Source of the DNA: Candidatus Nitrospira inopinata
GTDB taxonomy: Bacteria > Nitrospirota > Nitrospiria > Nitrospirales > Nitrospiraceae
DNA length: 32,000 nucleotides
NCBI RefSeq assembly: GCF_001458695.1
Contig: NZ_LN885086.1
Location: forward strand, 2,520,001 to 2,552,000
Direction of reading: 5' to 3'
Position numbers and translations under genes: made by a program. How positions within the stretch are numbered: the first letter of the stretch is position 1; every line of letters begins with the position of its first letter. Shown here piece after piece: positions 9,158 through 16,496 of this stretch. The notes under the pieces are model-generated. The model had not been told where the DNA came from, ran no database searches, and saw only the letters and a program-made list of their open reading frames with translations.

Positions 9158-10189
9158 ATGCAACAATTGTTGAACACGCTCTACATCACGACCGAGGGTG
9201 CCTATCTTCGTGTGGATCATTACACGCTGAAGATCGAGGTCGAGAAGGAGACCAAGCTGCAAGTGCCGCTGCACCACATCGGCGGCGTCATCTGCTTCGG
9301 CGATGTCATGATCAGCCCGGCGGCGATGGCCCGTTGTGCGGAGGATGGGCGGTTCGTCGTTCTGCTGGATCGGAACGGGCGGTTCAAAGCGCGGGTGGAG
9401 GGACCGGTCAGTGGGAATGTGCTCCTACGGTGCGCCCAGCATGCCGCGATGAACAGTTCTGAGAAGACGCTTGCGATAGCACGGAACATTGTCGCCGGCA
9501 AGATTCAGAATACGCGCCAGGTGGTGTTGCGGGGGGCAAGGGAGGCGGATGACGCGGCCGACGCCGCGTCCTTGAAAGAAACTGCCGAGACCCTCGGCAA
9601 CGCCTTGGGCCGGCTGCCATTGTGTGAAGGCTTGGATATGTTGCGAGGAATCGAAGGAGAATCCGCCAGGGCGTATTTCGGCACGTTCGATCGCATGGTG
9701 AAAGAAGATCGGGCCACGTTTACGCTGGATGGTCGCAATCGCCGCCCGCCTCGCGATCCAGTGAATGCGCTGTTGTCTTTTCTGTACGCACTGCTGATGA
9801 ACGATTGTGTGGCTGCTGTGGAGGGTGTGGGGCTCGATCCGCAGATGGGGTTTCTCCATGCCCTTCGTCCGGGCCGCGCGGCATTGGCGCTCGATCTGAT
9901 GGAGGAGTTGCGCAGCGTAGTGGCTGATCGTCTTGTCCTCACGTTGATCAATCGTCGTCAAATCGCGGCCAAACATTTCCAAGCTCGGCCTGGCGGGGCC
10001 GTGCATCTGGAGGATGAGGCGAGAAAGGATGTGATTATCGCATACCAGAAACGTAAGCAGGAGGAAATTACTCATCCGGTGCTGGATCAGAAGATGCCGT
10101 TGGGACTCGTGCCCCATGTCCAAGCTCGCTTACTGGCTCGTGTGCTGCGCGGCGATCTGGAGGCCTATCCGCCGTATCTGCATCGGTAG
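9158..10189 (+). CDS. cas1: Cas1 integrase
   Basis: 343 aa. The N-terminus is MQQLLNTLYITTEGAYLRVD... The conserved region RPPRDPVNALLSFLYALL..GLDPQMGFLH is typical of Cas1. Confidence 0.95.
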   Translation: MQQLLNTLYITTEGAYLRVDHYTLKIEVEKETKLQVPLHHIGGVICFGDVMISPAAMARCAEDGRFVVLLDRNGRFKARVEGPVSGNVLLRCAQHAAMNSSEKTLAIARNIVAGKIQNTRQVVLRGAREADDAADAASLKETAETLGNALGRLPLCEGLDMLRGIEGESARAYFGTFDRMVKEDRATFTLDGRNRRPPRDPVNALLSFLYALLMNDCVAAVEGVGLDPQMGFLHALRPGRAALALDLMEELRSVVADRLVLTLINRRQIAAKHFQARPGGAVHLEDEARKDVIIAYQKRKQEEITHPVLDQKMPLGLVPHVQARLLARVLRGDLEAYPPYLHR

Positions 10190-10198
10190 GGTAGAGGG

Positions 10199-10489
10199 AT
10201 GAATGTGCTCATCACCTATGATGTTTCAACGGAGACAGCGGCGGGACGCAAGCGACTACGCAAAGTCGCGTTGACGTGTCTGGATTTCGGGCAACGGGTC
10301 CAGAAATCGGTGTTCGAATGTTCGGTCAGCGAAATACAGTACGAGGAGGTGGTGCGGCGGTTGTTGAACATCATTGACGAGAAAAAGGACAGTCTGCGGG
10401 TCTATCGTTTGATTGAGCCGAAGGAGAAATATGTGAAGGTCTATGGAGTGAACACGTCGGTCGATTTCGAGGAGCCGTTGGTTCTGTGA
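10199..10489 (+). CDS. cas2: Cas2
   Basis: 96 aa. The N-terminus [10 protein letters not shown]....[20 protein letters not shown] is the classic Cas2 ferredoxin-fold start. It is the last gene before the array. Confidence 0.93.
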   Translation: MNVLITYDVSTETAAGRKRLRKVALTCLDFGQRVQKSVFECSVSEIQYEEVVRRLLNIIDEKKDSLRVYRLIEPKEKYVKVYGVNTSVDFEEPLVL

Positions 10490-10667
10490 GCGCGGACCTG
10501 GAGCGCTGAGAAAAACCAGGGAGGGTCGCGATGAAGTTAACCACTGGTTTGAATAGAAGATTTGGTGAATGTGAGGGGAGCGTCGCTTTGGAGCATGAGA
10601 GGTGTTCTCTCGGTTCGCGCAGAGATTGCCTCAAGTTAACGGTAGTAGAAGGTTTTGCAGTAGTACT
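10490..10667 (+). promoter_or_regulatory. CRISPR leader (cas2 stop to first repeat)
   Basis: This is 178 bp of non-coding sequence between cas2 and repeat 1, on the side expected for a type I-C leader. It contains the 8-mer AAGTTAAC twice (10534-10541 and 10633-10640). No confident -35/-10 could be called by eye. Confidence 0.6.
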
Positions 10668-12863
10668 GTAGCGCCCGCTCGAAAGGGCGGGCGAGGATTG
10701 AAACATGACATCGACGACCGAGAGCATCTGCCCGTAAGTTTGTAGCGCCCGCTCGAAAGGGCGGGCGAGGATTGAAACATTCACGTGAGCTCCATTGCTC
10801 GCGTCTGCTATTGTAGCGCCCGCTCGAAAGGGCGGGCGAGGATTGAAACCGAAATACGGGGTATTGGGATTGCATATGCAAAGGTAGCGCCCGCTCGAAA
10901 GGGCGGGCGAGGATTGAAACCGGATGCCGCGGATCAGCTTCTTATCAGGCCACAGTAGCGCCCGCTCGAAAGGGCGGGCGAGGATTGAAACCAGATAATT
11001 GAGCTGCTCGCTACACACGTGGATGTGTAGCGCCCGCTCGAAAGGGCGGGCGAGGATTGAAACACACTCCATCCCCAGCCCGCAACGACGGATACCAGTA
11101 GCGCCCGCTCGAAAGGGCGGGCGAGGATTGAAACCCCGCTGGACGGAGCTGATGCTGGCGCCGCTCACCGTAGCGCCCGCTCGAAAGGGCGGGCGAGGAT
11201 TGAAACGAGCTCGTGGAGCTGCTCGCCACACACGTGGATGGTAGCGCCCGCTCGAAAGGGCGGGCGAGGATTGAAACGCCATCGGTGCCTCCTTGTCTGG
11301 GGGCCTCAGCCCCCGTAGCGCCCGCTCGAAAGGGCGGGCGAGGATTGAAACAGGCTCATGGTGGACGGCAGAGCCGTCGTCGTGCCGGTAGCGCCCGCTC
11401 GAAAGGGCGGGCGAGGATTGAAACCGATCAGAGGCCGACCTGGCGCGACCTGCTCGCCGGTAGCGCCCGCTCGAAAGGGCGGGCGAGGATTGAAACTTTC
11501 ATACCACGTCAGAATATAGAGCATTTCCATAGTAGCGCCCGCTCGAAAGGGCGGGCGAGGATTGAAACCCCTCCTTCTGGCGGGGAGTGTCCCCGCCAGG
11601 AATGTAGCGCCCGCTCGAAAGGGCGGGCGAGGATTGAAACTTCGAGCGGCGTGAAGCCCGCCGCCCGGAGCGCGGTAGCGCCCGCTCGAAAGGGCGGGCG
11701 AGGATTGAAACCTTTGTGGAGGCCGCGTTCGGCGATGACCGCCGAGTAGCGCCCGCTCGAAAGGGCGGGCGAGGATTGAAACCGAAATCAAAATCCTACC
11801 AGCCAAGCCTGGAGGGTAGTAGCGCCCGCTCGAAAGGGCGGGCGAGGATTGAAACAAGCGAATGCCCAACGGGGCCTATACTCTCAAACGTAGCGCCCGC
11901 TCGAAAGGGCGGGCGAGGATTGAAACTAAATCATCGCGTTCCCCCTCGAACACGTAATCCTGTAGCGCCCGCTCGAAAGGGCGGGCGAGGATTGAAACTT
12001 CCCGTACTCTATCTTCCATGCCTCACGTCGGCAGGTAGCGCCCGCTCGAAAGGGCGGGCGAGGATTGAAACCTGTTTTCGTGAACACGGCTTCATCACCC
12101 GACGTGGTAGCGCCCGCTCGAAAGGGCGGGCGAGGATTGAAACTACCCGTACAACAGCGCCATGATCAATTCACGCTGACGTAGCGCCCGCTCGAAAGGG
12201 CGGGCGAGGATTGAAACCACGACGCAGGCACGTACGGATAGGCGGCTCCCCGTAGCGCCCGCTCGAAAGGGCGGGCGAGGATTGAAACGCCAAGGAATTC
12301 GACCGTATTGTCAGGCTTCAGCGGTAGCGCCCGCTCGAAAGGGCGGGCGAGGATTGAAACGCATGATGGTTCACGGGTTATCGTGGACATTCTCGTAGCG
12401 CCCGCTCGAAAGGGCGGGCGAGGATTGAAACAATCGATTTATGGGCGGAGACTCGGCCGTGACACTGTAGCGCCCGCTCGAAAGGGCGGGCGAGGATTGA
12501 AACCTGGCGCGGCATGACAATTTCCCTCCTTCTGGCGGGTAGCGCCCGCTCGAAAGGGCGGGCGAGGATTGAAACCGGTATGATGGAGATCGAAGGACCC
12601 CGGCCTCGGGGTAGCGCCCGCTCGAAAGGGCGGGCGAGGATTGAAACTGCCTACAGAGTAGACGTGAGCAATGGGGCTCACGGTAGCGCCCGCTCGAAAG
12701 GGCGGGCGAGGATTGAAACGAATACATGCGCGCCGAGCATTCTGCCCTGGGCGCGTAGCGCCCGCTCGAAAGGGCGGGCGAGGATTGAAACTGACAGGAC
12801 TCACGGACACGTTTTCCTCAATCATCGTAGCGCCCGCTCGAAAGGGCGGGCGAGGATTGAAAC
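10668..12863 (+). CRISPR. Type I-C CRISPR array: 31 identical 37-nt repeats and 30 spacers of 34-37 nt
   Basis: The repeat is GTAGCGCCCGCTCGAAAGGGCGGGCGAGGATTGAAAC. Repeat starts are 10668, 10742, 10813, 10884, 10955, 11027, 11098, 11170, 11241, 11315, 11388, 11460, 11532, 11604, 11675, 11746, 11819, 11890, 11962, 12035, 12107, 12181, 12252, 12324, 12395, 12467, 12539, 12611, 12683, 12755 and 12827. The 3' end ATTGAAAC is the type I-C signature. Repeat positions 5-26 form a 9-bp stem (one G-U) closed by a GAAA tetraloop, leaving an 11-nt AGGAUUGAAAC handle. The orientation matches the cas genes. Confidence 0.98.
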
Positions 12864-12900
12864 CGCCTCAACCGGTCGTGGTGGAGTTGTGCGCGGCCGA

Positions 12901-12929
12901 ATGTTCCCCACGCGAGTGGGGATGAACCG
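12901..12929 (+). repeat. Solitary type I-E-like CRISPR repeat, 37 nt after the last I-C repeat
   Basis: The sequence is ATGTTCCCCACGCGAGTGGGGATGAACCG (29 nt). It has a 6-bp stem CCCCAC/GTGGGG around a GCGA loop and a GGGGAT.AACCG tail. It matches the E. coli I-E repeat GAGTTCCCCGCGCCAGCGGGGATAAACCG at 22 of 29 positions, and the stem differences are compensatory. Only one clear copy is present. Confidence 0.6.
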
Positions 12930-13122
12930 GTGTTGTTAACTCTCAGGGTGCCGTTTGCTGAGGCCTGAATGGCGCCATGTCTCGATCCGGCGAGAGGGGC
13001 TAGAGACGGAATGATGTTTGTCCATGTAGGCGATCTTCCGGCATTTTCTATGGCCTCTTATACAAAAGGTGGAGTCCGCGCTTGATCGCGAAATCGCGGC
13101 GAAAATCTTCATCCCCATCTTC

Positions 13123-13143
13123 TGTGGATAATCATGTGGATAA
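13123..13143 (-). promoter_or_regulatory. Two tandem perfect DnaA boxes (TTATCCACA on the - strand)
   Basis: TGTGGATAA occurs at 13123-13131 and again at 13135-13143, separated by 3 bp. Each is the exact reverse complement of the 9-mer DnaA box consensus TTATCCACA. Confidence 0.55.
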
Positions 13144-13351
13144 GTCTGTTTGGTGCGTTCAAATATCGCACAAACGACGCCATATTTACCGATTTGCCTA
13201 TTTTTTAGGCGTCTGTAACGCGTCGTGGAAACCACAACTAATTGTGGGCTCGCCAAAACTTTTTGGAAATGATCTACATTTTGTTGGAAAACTGCTTGAC
13301 ATTGTGTGTTCAGCGCGACTGACGCGGCGTTCCGATCAGCCGTTTGTGTTT

Positions 13352-13360
13352 TTATCCACA
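13352..13360 (+). promoter_or_regulatory. Third perfect DnaA box (TTATCCACA), inverted relative to the tandem pair
   Basis: This is an exact TTATCCACA. The extended match TTATCCACAGA is shared with the reverse complement of 13121-13131. The roughly 210 bp between the boxes look AT-richer than the flanks by eye. Confidence 0.55.
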
Positions 13361-13602
13361 GACATGATCGTTTTTGAAGGATTGAGACCGCAATTTCTCA
13401 TCCGGAGCGGTGATTTGCATCTGTCAAGACGACGGCTGCAAAAAGATGGCCCTATTCCGTCCGCGATCGTGTGGGAAGGATGTTTCTACTCGGTAGGGCC
13501 GGCCGGGAATATAGACATGTCGGTCGCTCTCTTTTCTCGAATGTCACGTATGAACGAGTAAATTTGAGGGCGGTCGTCTTGGGAGCATGTACAGCCGCTG
13601 GT

Positions 13603-16152
13603 CTATAACCGGCTTTGCCGCTTCGGTTTGGCCGTCGGAGTCGCCGTAAGCGGGTCATCCGGCCAATGGTGTTTGGGGTAACGGCCCCGCAGCTCCTTTC
13701 GCACGTCCTGGTAGCCTCTGGCCCAAAAGCCTGCCAGGTCTTGCGTAATGTGTACCGGCCGTTTGGCCGGGGAGAGGAGATGAATCATCAGCGGCGTTTT
13801 TCCCCCGGCGATCCGAGGCGTGTCCTTGCATCCGAACAGTTCTTGAACTTGAACGGCCAGGATGGGGGGATCGGAGGTCTCATAGTCGATGCGAATCTTC
13901 GATCCGCTCGGTACCGTCACATGGGTCGGGGCCAGCCGGTCAAGGTCTCGTTGCCGTTCGTGACTCAGGAGCGTCCGCAAGGGGCGCGCGAGATCAAGCC
14001 GCTGCACCCGTTCGAGCGTGGTCAGGCCGGTGATGAAGGGCCCCAGCCATTGCCCGATGGTACGGAGCAGGGCTTCGTCCGACAGATCAGGCCACGAAGA
14101 GTCGTGTCCTTCCGTTCTTCTGAGCCATTGCACGCGAGCCCGCCATTGTTTCAGCTCCGGCGTCCAGGCGAGAGACGATAATCCGACCTGCCGCACACGC
14201 TCGATCAACGCCGACGCGACGAGGAAAGGGTCTGGATCGGGCAGTTGCTGCTCGGTCAGCACAAGGGTTCCAAATTTTCGCTGTCTGGTTGCGGTGACGG
14301 CTTGTGCCTTGTCGCTCCAGATGACGGTCTGGGTTTCCACGATCTGGTCATGCAGGAGCGATTCAATGTCCGCTTGATCGATCGGCGCGGCCAACTCGAT
14401 GAAGGCCCAAGGAGATCCGTCGGAGAGCGACGCAATGACGAGGTAGGGCTCGGTAGTCAGCGGGTCCGGCTGGATGAACCGAGCGCCGCGACCGTTGGGA
14501 AGAAGGTAGTGAGCGATCGGGCCGCTCTGCCGCTGAGCGAGACGATCGGGATAGGCCAGCGCAAGCAGCCGCCCGACCATGTGTTCGTCCGTGGGCCGGG
14601 CTCCGGCGTCGGTCTGGCCGGAACCTTCTCCCAGTTGCCGCCGCAATACGTCGGCCGTCCGTCGTATTTGTCGAATGATAGACCGGTCGATCGAGGCGGA
14701 TGCGGTGTGGGAACCCTCTTCGTGCAGGACGTCCAGTCTGAGCCGGAGATCGGCTTGTCCGCGAACGGTCGGACCATAAACGCCGTCGCGCTCGCTCAGA
14801 AGCGCGGCCAGTTCGCAGGCCAGATCGACGCAGCCGAACCTGTTGGATTGTATCAGCATGTGCGACAGGCGAGGATGGAGCGGAAGCTCCGCCATCCGTT
14901 TGCCTTGCGCGGTGATGCGTCCGTCGGCGTCCAAGGCGTCGAGCTTGGTCAGCAATTCTTTGGCCTGAGAGAGGGCTCCAGGAGGCGGAGGGGTCAACCA
15001 CGAGAGTTCCGATGGATCATCGGCGCTCCACAGCGCCAGATCGAGCAGGAGCGGGGCCAGATCGGCCTCCAGGATTTCAGGCGGGCGGCGTGGCGAGAGT
15101 CGTTGGTGCTCCTGTTCCGTCCAGAGTCTGTAACAGATGCCGGGCTCCGTCCGCCCGGCTCGTCCACGACGCTGGTCGGCGGAATCGTGCGTGACGCGTA
15201 TCGTCTCAAGCTTGGTGAGACCGGTGCGGGGGTCGAAACGGGGAACGCGCATCCATCCGGCGTCGATCACCACGCGGATGCCTTCGATGGTGAGGCTCGT
15301 TTCGGCGATGGACGTGGCCAGCACGACTTTTCTCTTGCCGGGCGGAGCCGGTCGGATCGCGGTGTCCTGCGCCGATTGAGGCAAATCCCCGTGGAGCGGC
15401 ACAATGACAATATCGGAGCCGAGGTTCGAGTCGAGAAGACTGCGTTCCACTCGACGGATGTCCGCCATGCCCGGCAGGAAGACGAGCAGGCTGCCGTGCT
15501 CGCAAGCCAGCGAGCGTCGAACGGTCTGGGCCACGACCGTGTCAAGGGGGCCGGTCGCCGGACCGTCGAGGTAACGGGTATCGACCGGGTGGAGTTTCCC
15601 TTCGGATCGAATCGTGGGAGCATCGCCGAGCAGCTCGCGGAGAGGACCCGTCTCGATCGTGGCCGACATCACCACGATACGCAGATCGGGACGGAACAGG
15701 CGTTGTGTCTCGAGCGTCAGCGCCAGCCCCGCGTCGGCTTGAAGGCTGCGCTCGTGAAATTCATCGAACAAGACGGCGGCGTAGCCGCGCAAGTCGGGAC
15801 TCGATTGAAGGAGACGGGTCAGCACTCCTTCCGTCACCACTTCAATGCGTGTTCTGGGACCGATCTGGGTGTCGAACCTCATGCGATAGCCGACGGTGTC
15901 TCCCACCCGCTCTTCCAACAGCGACGCCATGCGCTGCGCGACGGCCCGCGTGGCGAGGCGGCGTGGTTCGAGCATCAGGAGTTTTCGACCGGCCGTCCAG
16001 GATTCATCGAGCAACGCCAACGGGACGCGGGTCGATTTGCCGGCGCCCGGCGGCGCCACTACAAGGGCGGTCGGTCCTCGGCCCAACGCCTCCCGCAAAG
16101 GAGGAAGGACCTCTTCTATCGGGAGGAAAACCATGGTAGGGTCTGCCTTCAC
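13603..16152 (-). CDS. hrpB: ATP-dependent DEAH-box RNA helicase HrpB
   Basis: 849 aa. Motifs are Walker A APPGAGKST and DEFHERS (DEAH-type motif II), plus SAT, and HrpB-type C-terminal domains ending in ..RYPKHHWPDDP. The start could be Met7 instead of Met1. Confidence 0.9.
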   Translation of the reverse strand: MKADPTMVFLPIEEVLPPLREALGRGPTALVVAPPGAGKSTRVPLALLDESWTAGRKLLMLEPRRLATRAVAQRMASLLEERVGDTVGYRMRFDTQIGPRTRIEVVTEGVLTRLLQSSPDLRGYAAVLFDEFHERSLQADAGLALTLETQRLFRPDLRIVVMSATIETGPLRELLGDAPTIRSEGKLHPVDTRYLDGPATGPLDTVVAQTVRRSLACEHGSLLVFLPGMADIRRVERSLLDSNLGSDIVIVPLHGDLPQSAQDTAIRPAPPGKRKVVLATSIAETSLTIEGIRVVIDAGWMRVPRFDPRTGLTKLETIRVTHDSADQRRGRAGRTEPGICYRLWTEQEHQRLSPRRPPEILEADLAPLLLDLALWSADDPSELSWLTPPPPGALSQAKELLTKLDALDADGRITAQGKRMAELPLHPRLSHMLIQSNRFGCVDLACELAALLSERDGVYGPTVRGQADLRLRLDVLHEEGSHTASASIDRSIIRQIRRTADVLRRQLGEGSGQTDAGARPTDEHMVGRLLALAYPDRLAQRQSGPIAHYLLPNGRGARFIQPDPLTTEPYLVIASLSDGSPWAFIELAAPIDQADIESLLHDQIVETQTVIWSDKAQAVTATRQRKFGTLVLTEQQLPDPDPFLVASALIERVRQVGLSSLAWTPELKQWRARVQWLRRTEGHDSSWPDLSDEALLRTIGQWLGPFITGLTTLERVQRLDLARPLRTLLSHERQRDLDRLAPTHVTVPSGSKIRIDYETSDPPILAVQVQELFGCKDTPRIAGGKTPLMIHLLSPAKRPVHITQDLAGFWARGYQDVRKELRGRYPKHHWPDDPLTATPTAKPKRQSRL

Positions 16153-16202
16153 CGGCTGACTGTAACAAAAGACGGCGGCGAGAGAAAGGAACGGGAGGAA
16201 CG

Positions 16203-16394
16203 ATGTTGAGATGGACGACCGCGAAACCGACGGTCCCGGGCTGGTATTGGTATCGGGGGGACGCGCACGAAGCCGATGCCTTCATCGTGGAGGTTGACGC
16301 GGTGGGGCAATTTCAGTGGCCGGACGGCGGCTATCAAGAAGTATCGCTGGCAAAGGGGGAGTGGGCCGGACCGATCGAGGAGCCGGTCGAATAA
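16203..16394 (+). CDS. Hypothetical small protein (63 aa)
   Basis: GGGAGGA lies just upstream of ATG 16203, and the gene is divergent from hrpB. The composition is protein-like (WYWYRGDAHEADAFIVEVD..), but I recognise no family. Confidence 0.45.
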   Translation: MLRWTTAKPTVPGWYWYRGDAHEADAFIVEVDAVGQFQWPDGGYQEVSLAKGEWAGPIEEPVE

Positions 16395-16496
16395 CGAGGA
16401 GAGCTCGTCGCCCTCACCGGTTCACAAGGGTGTCAAGCGGATCGGAGCTCCACGGAAAATCGATCGGACGTTGTCTTTCTCTTTTGATTCGACGAG

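Noticed and set aside
9425-10123. A 232-aa minus-strand ORF inside cas1, plus similar antisense ORFs inside cas3, cas8c, cas7c and yihY (for example 4915-5409, 7910-8401, 19708-20280, 20014-20709 and 20721-21296)
   Set aside because: Each lies entirely within a confidently identified gene on the other strand or in another frame. All have low-complexity composition and no RBS.
10371-12939. Many 70-300-aa ORFs on both strands across the CRISPR array, with recurring peptides such as ARSKGRARIET, APARKGGRGLK, FQSSPALSSGRY and FNPRPPFRAGAT
   Set aside because: The repeated peptides are simply translations of the 37-nt CRISPR repeat in different frames. The periodicity equals the repeat-spacer unit, so these are not genes.
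13150-13172. A dif-like (XerCD) site: GGTGCGTTCAAATATCGCACA begins like the E. coli dif XerC arm GGTGCGCATAA
   Set aside because: Only the first 6 nt and a few more positions match. The XerD arm (TTATGTTAAAT) has no counterpart. The sequence is better described as a short GTGCG/CGCAC palindrome.
12936-13561. ORFs of 106 aa (-) and 159 aa (+) in the array trailer / DnaA-box region
   Set aside because: They have no RBS, odd composition (Arg/Ser/Cys-rich) and mutual overlap, and they sit in the lowest-GC, repeat-bearing segment. I treat the region as non-coding.
14245-16209. A 654-aa plus-strand ORF and several other ORFs of 100-200 aa overlapping hrpB
   Set aside because: The translations are Arg/Gly/Pro-rich, typical of off-frame or antisense reading of a GC-rich gene. 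The minus-strand frame carries the full set of DEAH helicase motifs.
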